Notes under the pieces: generated by a model
Databases searched by the model: none
Told to the model about the DNA's origin: nothing
The model's input: only the letters and a program-made list of their open reading frames with translations
Part shown: piece by piece, positions 13,701-27,100 of the stretch
Layout: each line of letters opens with the position of its first letter
How positions within the stretch are numbered: position 1 is the stretch's first letter
Assembly: GCA_051362555.1 (NCBI GenBank)
Contig: CM120649.1
Location: forward strand, 10,726,001 to 10,790,000
Direction: 5' to 3'
From: Lingula anatina
Taxonomy: Eukaryota > Animalia > Brachiopoda
DNA length: 64,000 bases
Program-made: the position numbers and the translations under genes

Positions 13701-14194
13701 TTGATCTTGACTGGAGCCATCGACGACTGCCTTTTGACGTCATCTTCACCGACATCAACGGGTTAAAACTGATGACGAGATTCTTGAAAGTCGACACGAT
13801 ATTAGGTCCCAACAGGTCAGTTTTTCTATGTGAACAAATGTTGGGTAACTGTAAAAAGTCCGAACGTGAAATTTCCATTTACCAAAAGATATCCTGTTAC
13901 CTCGAAACGCTTAGCCTATCCCAGCCGCCTGTAATACGTTCTTGGACTATTTTTGATAACACAAGTGAGCTGATGCAACTAAATCTATTTACTGTTTAAA
14001 CTATTTAATAGTGTTGTTTTTAAATGATAAAGACTTACATTTCCAGGTGCTTATTTCGTGTGCTGGATTCTTTCGGAACTGAGGCCGTGTTTAATTTTGG
14101 CCCCTACACCAAGGAGAAAAAACTGAACGGTTATTGGAACCCTATCGACTTGGAGCTGCAGCAATTTTTTACAATGTTCCGTGAGTTCTAGGAC

Positions 14195-14245
<51 letters not shown>

Positions 14246-17200
14246 AAGCATGGTATGCGACAGAAGTAACGCTAAAACTATCACAATATATCACTTCATC
14301 AAATTAAGATCGGTAGGAAATAGAAAACTTCAGTGTTTGAGAAAAAAAAACATTTCCATCAATGGCTCGACCTCAGTGTCACTTTAGAAAAAAATATTAT
14401 CTTCAATTAAAATGTCAAAATTTATTTATTGATAATAGAAGTGGCCATTAACATTACAGCTCACACTGTGGACAATTCCTTCATGGGGTTTGTGATAGAG
14501 AGACCATCCGTGGACAACAACGGGACAATAGAACGACACAATCAAGCTTTAATCTACGCAAAACGGGACGGATATTTCATAGTAGGTGGAATAGTGTGTC
14601 ACGCCAGTTATAAGCATAGAAAGCAGAACAGGGACAAAGGGGGACGACCCAAGGCGCTATTTTTTCAAATGTTTAGATCCCACCCCATTTCAAATGGGCT
14701 ATTATATGGCTGGATCAGTAATACCTGTCGGCACATTACTTGGATAATGCACTGGGGTATGAAACGTGTATATTAGTTTATCTGAGGCATACATTTGATA
14801 ATTTAAGCCCCCTTTACACTGACCGGCGTTCTCTCTGCGTCTCATAGTACGGCCCCGTTTGAGATTTAAAAAAATAATAATACTTTACTTGCCGACAACT
14901 GGCATTGAGCATTCATTCTGCAACCAAAGCAATGCTTGTGCCTCTTTTCTACGACCGCAGCGATGCCAGTTTTATGGTCGCACAAAGTACGCAGAAAGGA
15001 CGCCGTCCAGTGTAAAGGGGGCTTAACGTACTAGCTCACATTTCTCGTCTGGTAAGTGATTAGTTGCAGAAACGCAATGTACGTTCTGAGGATGGAACAA
15101 CCTTCATTGAGCCCTGATACATAACTTTTTGAGCACCTGCTTTATGACTTAGACCCCATTCCCAGAGATTAGATCGATCTAAACTAGATCGACCTATCTC
15201 CCTGGGGGTTCACGCTAAATAGCTGTCAGCCGAGCGGGCACGAAAGTTAATTACCCCCTTACAGCTTGTAGTAGGCGGGACGGACATTTAAGCCGGATTA
15301 TCTGACAGTAATCTAGTGAGACTCCCCACGGGGATAGATCGATCTAAATTTCTGGGAATACGCCCTTAGAGTTCATAATTGTGTGTAAATTTGTGACAAT
15401 TGGTAGTGTCTTTTTAAATCTATGGACATTTTGCCTCTCTGGAAAACACTGTGGACCATACGATTAACAAGATGTAAGGGGTGCATGCTGTAAATTTGAA
15501 TAGATGGTATAAATTTAGGATATCTTCACCGGTATTTTGCATTTCTGTACCGTGTGTCATGTTCGATATGGTGTCTGGAATAAAAAGGCACTATTTAAAA
15601 TGGTTTACAGCTGTGATGTGATCGTTTGTAAAACAAAAACACGTGGAATTGGAGGTGGGACAACCTTTTTGACCAAGGGTGTATTTCCCATAGACACAAA
15701 AACACATTTATACATGTAGGCCGGCGAATAATATAATATCATCTGATATATCTGATTTTTATGTACAGCAACAGGTGTGTCTGTACATAAAGCCGTCACC
15801 TGCGTCTGTCGTCGTTGTGCACTTTCAGATATAATGCGACAGGTAGAAAACCGTTTGACTTATTGTCTTCAAAATATCACAACTAACGCATATTCATATA
15901 GTACAGACCAAGTTCGAAAACGAACTTGATGGGACCATTTTCCAAAAGGAATGTTTTTTTTTCGCTTTTTAAACATGTATATGCAAAACATATAGCATAT
16001 TTCAATGGAAACCGATAGGCCTATTTTCTCACAGGAATGGTCAACATTACTAAAATGTATATTTTGTGATTATGCTGTTTAGCATTATATAACATTGCAT
16101 CAAAATTGACGAAAACCCTATTTTGGGAACTGCCACCGTACTGACGATTAAAAGAAAACCGTGTTACTTATGATTCTCTAACTTACCAAAAAGATTTATA
16201 GGACTGAACTACCCGTACAGCTTGAATTGGAAAATCAGTCCTATTGAGGCGAATTAGAACTCTCATGGGCCTGAAGCCTTAAGCTACCGGTAGTTACATA
16301 TCCCTAGCGTACGTGTTACCTGTTGTAAATAATTAAAACTTGGTGTCGACTTAGCTACACAGTGTATTATTGCATCAAAATTGACAAAATAGCTTATTGT
16401 TTATGACATATTTTCTGCTTTTTGTCTGTACGTTTGACAGCTTTGCTGTCTTTTATTGTTTCATTACATAACATTAATCATTACCAGGGTAAAAAGCCAT
16501 ATCTAGATGTTATCCACGAGTTTTTGGAAATCCATGCGACAGCTGCTAAGATGGAGGGGTTTGACAAAGAAAACGTCACCTACACTCCAGAATATGCGGT
16601 GAACCACGGACTACTGCATGGGCCAGATTATTACAAATTACTTTATCAGTCTAAGGTAATGGTGCTATGAAGGCTGGTTGAATATTCCTTGGCGGATCAA
16701 GGAATTTTTCTAGTCTGGGCGTTGGATGGGGGGATGGGGGGGGGGGGGGGCGCAAGGATATATTTTACCGTGTATTGTTCCTCAAATATAACAAAATATA
16801 TCATTAAATATTAACTAATCAAATATATAAGCTACGCCCAAGCTACGGCTTTTACACCTTCGCCAGGGACTCGTATTTTTCATGTTTTTTTATTAGTTGA
16901 TCTGTATGGATGCCAATTATATTGAATATTATAAATCCTCGTAGTCTGTACTAATCAGATAGAACCCCGGAATTCCTTTCCTAGGACTACCGTTTCTGTC
17001 ACAAAGGCTGTCTGGTACATGTTAACGGGCTTGTCGTTTTCCACACTTTAGACACATTTTTGATCAATAACTCTAGTGCCACTAGTATAAAGTACATCAC
17101 ACAGAATTGTGCATTAAAGATATTACTGTAAGTTGAATTTTCCAACATAGAATCGTAGAAAAACACCTTGTGTTACGTCGCACAATAATAGTGCATGCAT

Positions 17201-20200
17201 TCATTATATTATGTGTCTTTTCTTTCCTCCTATAAATCAATATTTGACCGTTTTTTCCACTTATTCCAGCTGTTCGTAGGCCTGGGGTTCCCCTACGAGG
17301 GCCCAGCACCTCTGGAGGCCATTGCAGCCGGCTGTGTCTTCATCAATCCCCGGTTCTCACCTCCGCTAAGTCGCAAAAACTCTGCCTTTTTTAGCGGTAA
17401 ACCAACATTCAGAGAGGTAAGGTTAGGAATGGCCTTTAGGAGTGAGAACACACACACACACACGCATGCGCTTGGAGGTTCGCAAAAATGAGCCGACGAT
17501 ACAATAAATTGTTATAGGTGTAATATAAGAGGTGGCAAAATACAGCAGAAGAGGTTTTAAAGCTATACGTCAATTTATATTCATATGTTATGATACTGAG
17601 TACAACGAAAATCGAAGTATTTATATATTTATATATCAAGTGTATAGAACAAAAGGAGTAAAGTCTTACACATTATTCATTGTGTACTATTTTTAAAAAT
17701 TGATGGAAAACATCGTTTGTTTGTTACACTTCAGATAACAAGCCAGCATCCCTATGCAGAACATTTTATTGGAGAACCATCCGTGTATACTGTAGATGTA
17801 AAGAATTTAACTGCAGTTCGGGAAACGCTGAAAACGGTTCTTGCTCAAAAGAAGGTAAATATGTTCTTAATCGGTCTTAACAAAATTTTCTTAATTAATT
17901 CATTTTCACATTTACAAACGTTGCAAAGTAAATGAAGTGTTATTATTTTGCACTTCAGATAATTAACCAAATTATCAAAACGATATTTCATATTTTTGCT
18001 GTTATTCATATTATGTGATAATTACCTCATTTTTTAATCGATACGTCCAACGAATTTTTCTTTTATGAATACAAGGTTACGGTTTCACCTAACACATTTT
18101 AAAGAGGTCTGACGTTATTTCCAGTGATGGTTGCTTTCGATGGTTGCATTCAATGGCAGAAAATGTTTCAATTAATTCCTGGATGTGTTTCAGAGCTGAA
18201 TTTATCTTTGAATTAATATATTTATCATTGATTTGGTCACGTGGATGTCACATAAACGTCGTCATATCACCAGCGCCTTTTTTCTTGGTTTAGGTCCATC
18301 CTCACGTGCCATTTGAATTCACAGAAGCGGGCATGTTACAAAGAATGAATTTTTACATCGAGAACCAGGACTTCTGTTCAAGACCTTACAGGAGTCACAT
18401 ACCGGCCACAGACGTGACCTTCTTTCTCAGTGACCTCAGCGAGTCCTGTACCGACAGTTGCCATAAACACGGTGAGCACTGACTGCTGGTCATTTCAGAT
18501 AGCCACAATTATTTATACAGGTTTGAGATATACTTGATATTGCTGCTAATGATTGATACACAGTTACATACAAAATTTGAATCTATTCATGGGTTTCTAT
18601 GAAGTATTTTTCAATATGGATACATGTAATAGCTATGACTTTCAACATCATACTCGTTATTTATGAAATTGTTTTACCCGGTAAATTGTCTAACGTAGAT
18701 ATGTAGTCTTCTGTAGAAGAACCTACATTTAACCAGTATACGTACATCCACATGCATGTAAAAGTTAAAATTGAGTTACGAGCATACATGCGGTTTTAAT
18801 ACAGCGGATAAATAGTTACAGTGGCCGTATTTGAACTAAGGCCACACTTTTTTATTTTTATGGATGACATCCTGCGCGCGCACCGATTTTCGTCTGTTCT
18901 CCGGAAAAAAAAAAAAAAAAAGATCACCTCTAACGACGTCAGTTGTCGTAAATGTCGTTATTGAATTTGCAAGAAGAGGAGCTTTCTGTGCATGCGTATT
19001 ATCGCCACGTGGAAATATGGCCGCTTTGCCGTCAAATTCATCTCTAGGATTACTTTCAAATTACACGACAATTAAAGTCATAAAGAGAACGGGGGCCGTC
19101 GTTTGGATTGGTATGGCATTGATATTGGGCATGGAGATATCACAATTACAATTATACGAAAGGCTGGCGGCGGCCAGCGATTATCGTCTGGTAAATTTTA
19201 GTGACATTCTGTCCAAAGCAGCACAGCACATACCATGTTTTTTGTAGCGAAAAAAGGGTCGACAAGGAATTTTTTATTTTTATTTTGGACTGTTTTTTGT
19301 TTCGCCCTCTCGCACCGATTTCGGTGTCAATAGAAGATGTCATCCATAAAAATAAAAAAGTGTGGCCTAACGGAACTACTGTATTTCACTGACAATATAC
19401 ACGTACATATACTAGTATTATAAGCATTGTGTCAGCCCGCCGTGTATGATTGGGGTTATTCAGAATAAAATATCCGAGCATCAACTGATCCAAGGATCAA
19501 ATATGGCGGACCCTACATGAAAGGAAGACCGCTAAATCCTGTAATGTTCGTCCCTGCAGGGGCACAGTAATTAAATCTCGGCTCCATTCAACCAGACGCA
19601 CGGGGAGGCGTGTGAGAGGCGGAGAGACCGTTACAGGATTAAGCGGTCTTCCTTGCATGTATGGTATATTTTATTGCATATTTGAGCTTTGGACCAGTTG
19701 ATACTCGGATCTTCTATTCTGAATGGCCACAATGGCCCCATAGGGGCGAATCCAAAAATATATGCTGACAGTCTTCCAAATGATATTTGTTGATCCATCC
19801 TACATTTTTGACCGTCTGCCAAGAAAAATAAATAAGTAAATAAAATAAAATAAAATAAAATAGATTCCCGTCAATGTAAAACTTGAGAAATTCTGATCGT
19901 CTTCCAGAATACCCAAACACCTTCCCCCCGCTAGAACAAGGAACAAGTTTTCCCCATTTCGAAGTATTGGCTTTTTAAAGTTATTTTATTGAATAGATTC
20001 TTTTAGGGTTGTCTGTAGTAAGATTTTTCATCATCATTTTAGGTCTAACGTGTGAACCTAGTCATTTCAACAGAACCAACAGTCCAGTCACCGTACAGAA
20101 ACTGAGCTTGCACTGCAATAAATCGACATTTGGTGCTGATCCAATATTCCCATCTGTCTCTAAATCGACGTGTAACTTCCAAATAGAGGACATGCTTTTC

Positions 20201-20293
20201 AGTTGTGCCGGAAGCGGTGCTGATCATCGCAGGATATGCCCTTGTCGGACGTTTAAGAAAGGGCAGTGGGCCCTGTGTGAAAGTTGCCATTGA
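10768..20293 (+). CDS. MGAT5: Alpha-1,6-mannosylglycoprotein 6-beta-N-acetylglucosaminyltransferase (GnT-V/MGAT5-like, GT18), 12 coding exons, about 609 aa
   Basis: Exons 10768-10998, 11373-11546, 11806-11866, 12530-12632, 13675-13815, 14047-14180, 14460-14581, 16488-16655, 17270-17416, 17735-17854, 18294-18471, 20043-20293. All introns are GT-AG with consistent phases; total 1830 nt. N-terminal TM anchor. Family motifs GGPLGELVQWSDL, RVLDSFGTE, FTMFPHTVDNSFMGFV, LFVGLGFPYEGPAPLEAIAAGC, SQHPYAE and C-terminal RRICPCR..KGQWALC. Confidence 0.95.
14200..14238. repeat. (GA)n microsatellite in MGAT5 intron 6
   Basis: Direct reading; about 20 nt downstream of the exon 6 donor. Confidence 0.95.
14807..15022. 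mobile_element. MITE (TIR gccccctttacactg) flanked by TTAA
   Basis: gccccctttacactg ... cagtgtaaagggggc with TTAA on each side (14803-14806, 15023-15026). Confidence 0.85.
15152..15365. mobile_element. PIF/Harbinger-type MITE, family gaccccattccc
   Basis: Imperfect TIRs with tagatcgatcta palindromes; TTA on both flanks; homologous to 22891-23098, 23102-23922 and 32290-32490. Confidence 0.85.
15756..16461 (-). mobile_element. Helentron-associated non-autonomous element (HINE-like) in MGAT5 intron 7
   Basis: Reverse complement has the 5' end aaac..agacagcaaagctgtcaaacgtacagaca and the 3' end gacgacagacgcaggtga..atgtacagacac..ctgtacataaaa, matching the family at 39991-42810. Confidence 0.75.
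18840..19367. mobile_element. PIF/Harbinger (Tourist-like) MITE with TAA TSD
   Basis: About 32-bp perfect TIR ggccacacttttttatttttatggatgacatc; TAA at 18837-18839 and 19368-19370. Confidence 0.9.
19452..19730. mobile_element. Palindromic (fold-back) MITE
   Basis: Long imperfect inverted arms, including catgaaaggaagaccgctaaatcctgtaa / ttacaggattaagcggtcttccttgcatg and attcagaata..atccgag / ctcggat..tattctgaat, around a loop of about 85 nt. No clear TSD. Confidence 0.75.
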
Positions 20294-22333
20294 ACACTAT
20301 TGATATTTATTACGTAGCCTTTAGGCAATTACTTTTTATTAATTTTTATCAATTTTATCAAATTTTCTTGTTGTAAAGGTTTTTAGCTTCGTGTGCACCT
20401 ATGTTCCTTGTCCAGTTTTATTCACCACGGGGTGACCAAAAACTCTGTAAGATACAGTTTCAGGTTAGTGTAGAAAATGAAAGGTTTAATCTTACAACAT
20501 AATCAGTTTTTGGGCTTTAAATCGATCCTTATTGCAAAAGCGGCTCCAGGCAACATTCAGCCTAAATAATTTAGATGCAAAAGGAAATACAATGACTTCT
20601 CAATATAGTAGCGGTATAAGATTTTCCTGTAATTTATGGAATATAACTTATTGTATCTGTGATAATTATCATAGAGTTAAACATGTTGATTTAAGTGCTT
20701 TGTTGCCAATTTTTTTTTTGCTATTGGCGATGTGGTAATTTAGCTCTACTATGGCGTAGTGGTTGAAATGATTTGGCCATCACATAACCAGTACATAGGG
20801 ATGATACGTTATATGGGGAATAACTGGAATTACGTCCACATGCGCCATTTATTAATCTCTTCGGTACAACCAAACATTTTGCGAGCCTTCTTTAGTAACA
20901 CTTTAAAGTGGGGATCAATAGTACGCGCGTGATACAAGTGAGCAAAAACAATAAACAGAAAATTGTTTTCGGTTGAATTCATGCCAAGGTCAAACAAAAG
21001 TTAGTAAGAAGTACAAACTGCAAATATAAGGGGGTTCAACATAAGCCACTGCATTTCAGTCTCTGATTCATTACTGTGATCATTTAACCGTGCTTAAGTT
21101 CAGCTTATCCTTACTATATGTAAAAATGTATTATAAGGAAACAACACGACGAAAAAAAGGTTTTGATAAAAGTGCTTCTTGGTAAAAAATAATTTTCATG
21201 GGTATGTCGATCCCCCAATCCCAAGTGTTTTCGGGTCCAATTACCTACGTACACGTGGGCAACCCAGTAGGGGATCTATTGTTAAGATAATTTGCCGCTA
21301 ATTGGTCAGAAGAAGAGGGTGACAGAGGCCACTGAAACCGCGTGTAGATTGCTCACACTGGCGCACGTCACTCGTGGTCCTAATGTAGATCATGGACATA
21401 ATAAGATATATTTACTTATACGTTTCATTTTGTGCAACATTTTATCACGAAAACGTCCAAAATTTATCCATTTTGTTGTTTTTATAATGGAATTGCTTCA
21501 TTCCTTTCTTTATCACTGCCAGTACATCTTAATTTAATATCATTGTATCTTGTTTAAATTTGCGAAACGTTTAATGTCAGGAACCAATTATTTTTACATA
21601 AAGAATCCTATAAAAATTAATATTTATACTTAGAAATATATGCATTTTTCTGCAATTTAGGTCTTAGGGAATTGTGTGTAAATGAATTTCCCACCTGCAC
21701 GTGTACTCTTATGTACATGTAATTACTTTTTGCCATTGTTATTCTACATTCCTTTTTATCATTTTAAGCAAATAAATATATTTTTCTGTCTTTTCTAACT
21801 TTTCTCTTGTTTTAATCAGTCAATAAATTCTGATAAATTCACTGAAAGACACCATTTTATCGGATTAATCTGTTTTTATAAATATGTTGTTTATCTGTTT
21901 GTTCACTTTATTTATGAAGTCAGTCTTGACGTCACAACTATTGTTAAGATGCATTTTTTAATCACCACATGATGGTGAGTCCCAGTTGTATCGAGACAAA
22001 GGGCACAAACGAAGCCGGACAGAACCCTTGTACCACTCACGAGGGTTCAAATAGTAAAAGCTTGTCAGAATTTATATCACATTCCAAGTGCAAAGTAGGC
22101 TATATCGTACAGTGTTTCTTAGCGAATGTAAATAAATTAATATTATTAAATGTGCTTATATACATGGCTAGCCAGATAACCAAAATAACACGAAGTATTA
22201 TTTTTTATAACCTTTTATATTTTTTAGCTTACTCCTCATTGAATGAACATAATTTTTTAATGAGAAGAATCAAGAAGCGAGCGTCAGACGAGACCCCCAC
22301 TTGGGTCCTCCCCCAGTCAGCGCTCCCTGTAGC

Positions 22334-22368
22334 TATAAATTGAGCTCTACTTCCCTGTAAAGTCATTC
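22334..22368 (+). promoter_or_regulatory. TATA box plus initiator of the VWA gene
   Basis: TATAAAT at 22334 and Inr-like TCATTC at 22363-22368, 31 nt from the TATA T to the Inr A; about 155 nt upstream of the ATG at 22521. Confidence 0.65.
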
Positions 22369-22520
22369 AAAAAGAAGTCAACCAAGAGTAGAGGTTGCTC
22401 CTGAATTGTATTAGTGGTTCATTCACAGACCGCAGCAACAGAAATCAATTGTTTAGAAGTCACGCCGAGAGTTGAAGACACGCCAGACATTTTCTTTCGT
22501 CATATGAAGTTTAAGTAAAA

Positions 22521-24077
22521 ATGATTACATTGAGTATGCTATTATGTGGAATTTTAATTTCCAGTGGGGAGGTAAGCTTCAAGGTCACATACTTGCACAT
22601 TTTACTTTCTTATTCAATTAATTTGGTCATAGTTTATTAAATGGGTATTTTTGAACGTGCATATTTCCTATTTTAAAGAATGCCTTAATAATTTTCGTGG
22701 GTATTCTATTGTATATTTTCAACTTTTCGTTATTTTACTTGAATTATCTCTCAGTATATTTACTTATTTCGTGGGTATTCCTTTGTATATTTTCAACTTT
22801 TCGTTATTTTATTTGAATTTATCTCTCTATATATTTACTTATTTGATAATCTAGAAATTAACGTTCCCTACTCATGTACCGAGAATATAAGACCCCATTC
22901 CCACAGATTTTAGATCGATCTATCCCTGTGGGGAGTCTCATTAGATTACTGTCAACTTAGCAGGCTCAAATGTCTGTTCCGGCTACTAAAAGCTGTAAGG
23001 GGGTAATTAACTACCGTGCGCGCTCGGCAATTTAGCGTGAATCCCCAGGGAGTTAGGTCGATCTAAATGGATCGATCTAAATCTATGGGAATGCACTCTA
23101 AGACTGCATTCCCATAGATTTAGATCGATCCATGCGCACGGTCACACACGGTCAGGCGGCACAGACATTCAAGCCGATGTGAAGGGAATGGATGTCCGCC
23201 GTAATGCATGTCCGTAGGACATGTATTCCTAGACATGAATGTCCTGCGGACACTAAGTCCTGGGAATGCATGTCCTGTCTCTTCCATTCCTAGGAACGCA
23301 TGTCCTAGGACATAATTTCCTGGGATTTAACGTCCAGTGGACACCCATTACTTAGTATTCTAAGTCCTGCAGACAGGTATCGATGTCCTAGTCGGACATA
23401 TTTTCCCAGCTAGACTAGTAATAGATGTCCTCTGACATTTTCATATGAATGATGTGTTAATTTCAGAAGATTTAAACGTGATGTTTAAGAATGTTATTAC
23501 GCTTATTATAATTATTTGTATACATGTACCCCTATACACACTTTATTCGGCTAGCTTTTGATATTTTAAATAAACGAAAAACTACAAATTAGTACTAGAT
23601 TTAGGATATATATATAAACGGCCGGTTTACATCCATATATATTATGTCCGATAAATATGAACAATATGAGATTCGCGCCATTCACTGCACCTTGTGAAAT
23701 ATCTCGGCCTCTTCACATTAATGTCTTAATTGTTGTTATGGACCTCCGTTCCTGGGGGACATGCATTCCTTTCACGGACATGTTCCTTCACGTTCCTACG
23801 GACATGCATTACGGCGGACATCCATTCCCTTCACACCGGCTAAGTTGACAGAAAGCTACTAATAGTCTCTAATCAGACTCCCCACAGGGATAGATCGATC
23901 TAAAATCTGTGGGAATGGGGTCTAAGTCATTCATCTATTTTAATTGGAGGCTGTCTAATCACATAATGTTTGCTACATTTATCTATCATTTGGGAACAGA
24001 CATAAATTATTTTAATGATGACAATGATACCTTCACTTGTTTTACTATAGGTAAGATAATCAATAGCCATTATTTCA

Positions 24078-24125
<48 letters not shown>

Positions 24126-27100
24126 GGACGTTAAGACATTCAAACCCAAGGATCGAATAAATGTGAAAAATTAGCTTAAAAAGTCAAAGAACTGTGGAGG
24201 CTATACCCCCCTCCCCAACCCCTGAATACGTGAGCACAATAAAGATGGTGTTATTCTCATACCAAACTCGCAAGTGAACGTATGTTTGGTGATATATGTA
24301 TCTGCATTCTCCCTGTCTCATTCTCGTGGTACTTAATGGAAGTTATAGAAGATATTTTATTTACAGGTCAGGGCCGACTCACTGCCAGGGCGGGGTGATT
24401 TGAGGTCAGAAAATGCAGGGACCCAAACTGTGAATAAAGGCACGTCTAAAAGTAAGCACGGAATTGATGACAAGTTATAATTTCTTTTTTACCCAGCGTC
24501 TTCGATTTGGAGGCAAAAAGCTGCGAGCCAATCCTACCCCTGTAATAAATGTTCAAGACAGTAAGCCCCGAAATCGGACCATTCTCAGTTAGGAAAATAT
24601 CAAACTTTAAAGGACAATGTTCATGTAAAAATCCATTTCTCGAATTTTGAAGATACAGCACTCAATCTATACACTAGAGGTACGTTTTAATCGATCCCCG
24701 CCATTTAAAAATTATAAAAACAATCTATTAGTAGAAAAAAAAGCGTTTTAGTAAACCTCACCTCAATATGCAAAAATGAAGCAACAGATCTGGGTCACGT
24801 GGTACTGTGACGACAATCACGATAAAGGTCTATGAGACTCAACTGAGCTGCATGGTGCATACTGTACAGACGGAGAAGTTAAGGAAAGTTGTGTTGAACG
24901 GAGTTGAGGAATTTTCGTTATGCCTCGGTGTGTTGCCGTGGGATTCACCAAAATTGCAGCTCTCGTTGACAATCTTTCTTTGTCTGTGACGGTCTTCCGT
25001 GACTTACTTACTAACTTCGGTGACAATAGTTGCGATGCTCTAGATCATGGTCACCTCAGGTGGTTTAGATCATATCAAGAGCTGGTAGTCTTTCAGATTA
25101 ACTGTCATCAGTTGGCAAACTTACTGATTGCTGATGCATTTTAAATGCATTGTAGTTGACCAAAAGCTCGTTTACAACAAACCTGTTAATTATGCACTGC
25201 TGCAATTCCCAAGCCAGGTAATAACAGGTATGAAACTTGTCTTGGTGGGCTTTCATATTTTTCAATATATCTCATTTATTTCATGGGGTTATTTTATTGG
25301 TATTTGTAAATGACGTTAAATATCAATACTTAAACAATTAAGTTCAAACACGGTCGCGAACATTAATAAAAGAAATTGCTCTCAGGGTATCTTGGAGCTT
25401 CCGTGGAAGAAAACGTGTTGAGGAAAAAGAGCGTTATATTAAAGAAAAAATGGGAACTGCTATAATAAAATGGTTCGTTATCCTAATTCGTTTATGCTTT
25501 GAAGATTTGTTTCTGAAGATTATTTCATCTGAAATATTAAATAATTTAAAAGATTGATTATTTTATAACTTGAAACGCAAATTCTGCGTCAGTACGCAAA
25601 TTTTTTTTTTGCAAATTTGTAAGCTTATAACACCGTGCTATAAAGATCTACTCAAGAAAAAAATTTGCTTGGGTAAAATTGAGTACGGAATGAACTGGAG
25701 ACACTTGGCTTGTCATTAAGTTTACACGAAAATATGTCAGGTAATTTTATACTGTCTTTGAAAGAGTAAAGATTGAAAGATAATTTTAGACAAACTTTGA
25801 CGGGGGAAATACCTACAAAGAGTAATGGGCTATTTCGCCAACATCTTGTTGAAAATTTTACACTGCACTTATTCAAATAAGCTAAGGAACTAATTGCCAA
25901 ATTAATACTCTCATCACATAACAGGGGGGTAACCAGACCCGTAAAAATTGTACGCACGCATTTAAAAAGATTACAAGCACATACAGCAAAATGTAGACTT
26001 ACGCAAAACATGAAGGACAGCGTAATCACAGCAAATGTACCTCATATAGTAGCTTAATTTCCATTAATAATAAAATCATCATTTAAGTCAAAAATATTCT
26101 TGCGATTTAATAACTATTTTAATTTACCCAGAACGGTATATTTATTTTAAAGGCGGTTAACTGAAATATAGTTTTATGATTTGTTTGTGAAAATTGCCCA
26201 TGTCACCCTGTTAGTTTGGAGGTCTAAGCTGGATCAAGTCCGTGTTAAAATTCCTATGAAGTTGTGCAGGAAAAATTATTCCTTTCTTTCTCTAGCTCCT
26301 CGATAAACCTGGTGTTCAGATTTTATCTAGTACCCCCAGGTCTACGGGAGCTGCGCTTTGTAACTAACGCACAGGTAGATTTTTACCTGAGATAACTGGA
26401 GTAAAGCTTAGATAGAGAGTGCGTTCGATACAAGCAAGACAAATTGAATGCCATTTAACCCTCTAATTAAGAGGTAAAGGAAGTTCCAGTTAGATGGATG
26501 ATTAAGATAGGACTTGTAAAGGTAACGGGCATTGTTTACCTCAGTTTAATAAAAGTATGCAAGACGGAGTGTCAGCGGTTTAATAAAATAAATTGAATTT
26601 GACAAATAACATGGACCTCATATGCAATAATCAACATTTCCCTTAACTCATTCAAATGCAGTGTTTTATACAACTTGGGATAACCATAATGAAATGCTTG
26701 TTAAAGAAATGACTAGACGGGAAATGGTTTTACACAGCTTCACGAGGATTTAAACCCCTCGGGTAAGAGATTTGAATGAGTATAAACTTTTATCAGAAGC
26801 CTGAGAAGTCATCTTACAGGTAGACAATGCAGCTCAGTTTGACAGCTAAGCACGCTCTGTTCTCCAGTGGCTCGATTGTCGTCATTGGACCACGTGACCA
26901 CGTAGCTCATTAACTCCCAGGCCGAGCAAATAGGACGTTTTTTAAAGCCAAAAATTTACAAAATGAGCTTTTAATTTGTGTATTTGGATAAAGATATCGT
27001 TAGTTGGGCATGTTTTCTGAAGAATATGTTCCGTTCAGGCCATTCTGACGGCATGAAGCAAACCCTTTAAGTCACAAATGAATAAGGCCTCCACGATTTA

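Noticed and set aside
18864-19247. 127-aa ORF in MGAT5 intron 11
   Set aside because: Lies wholly within a TIR-bounded MITE and has no recognisable motifs.
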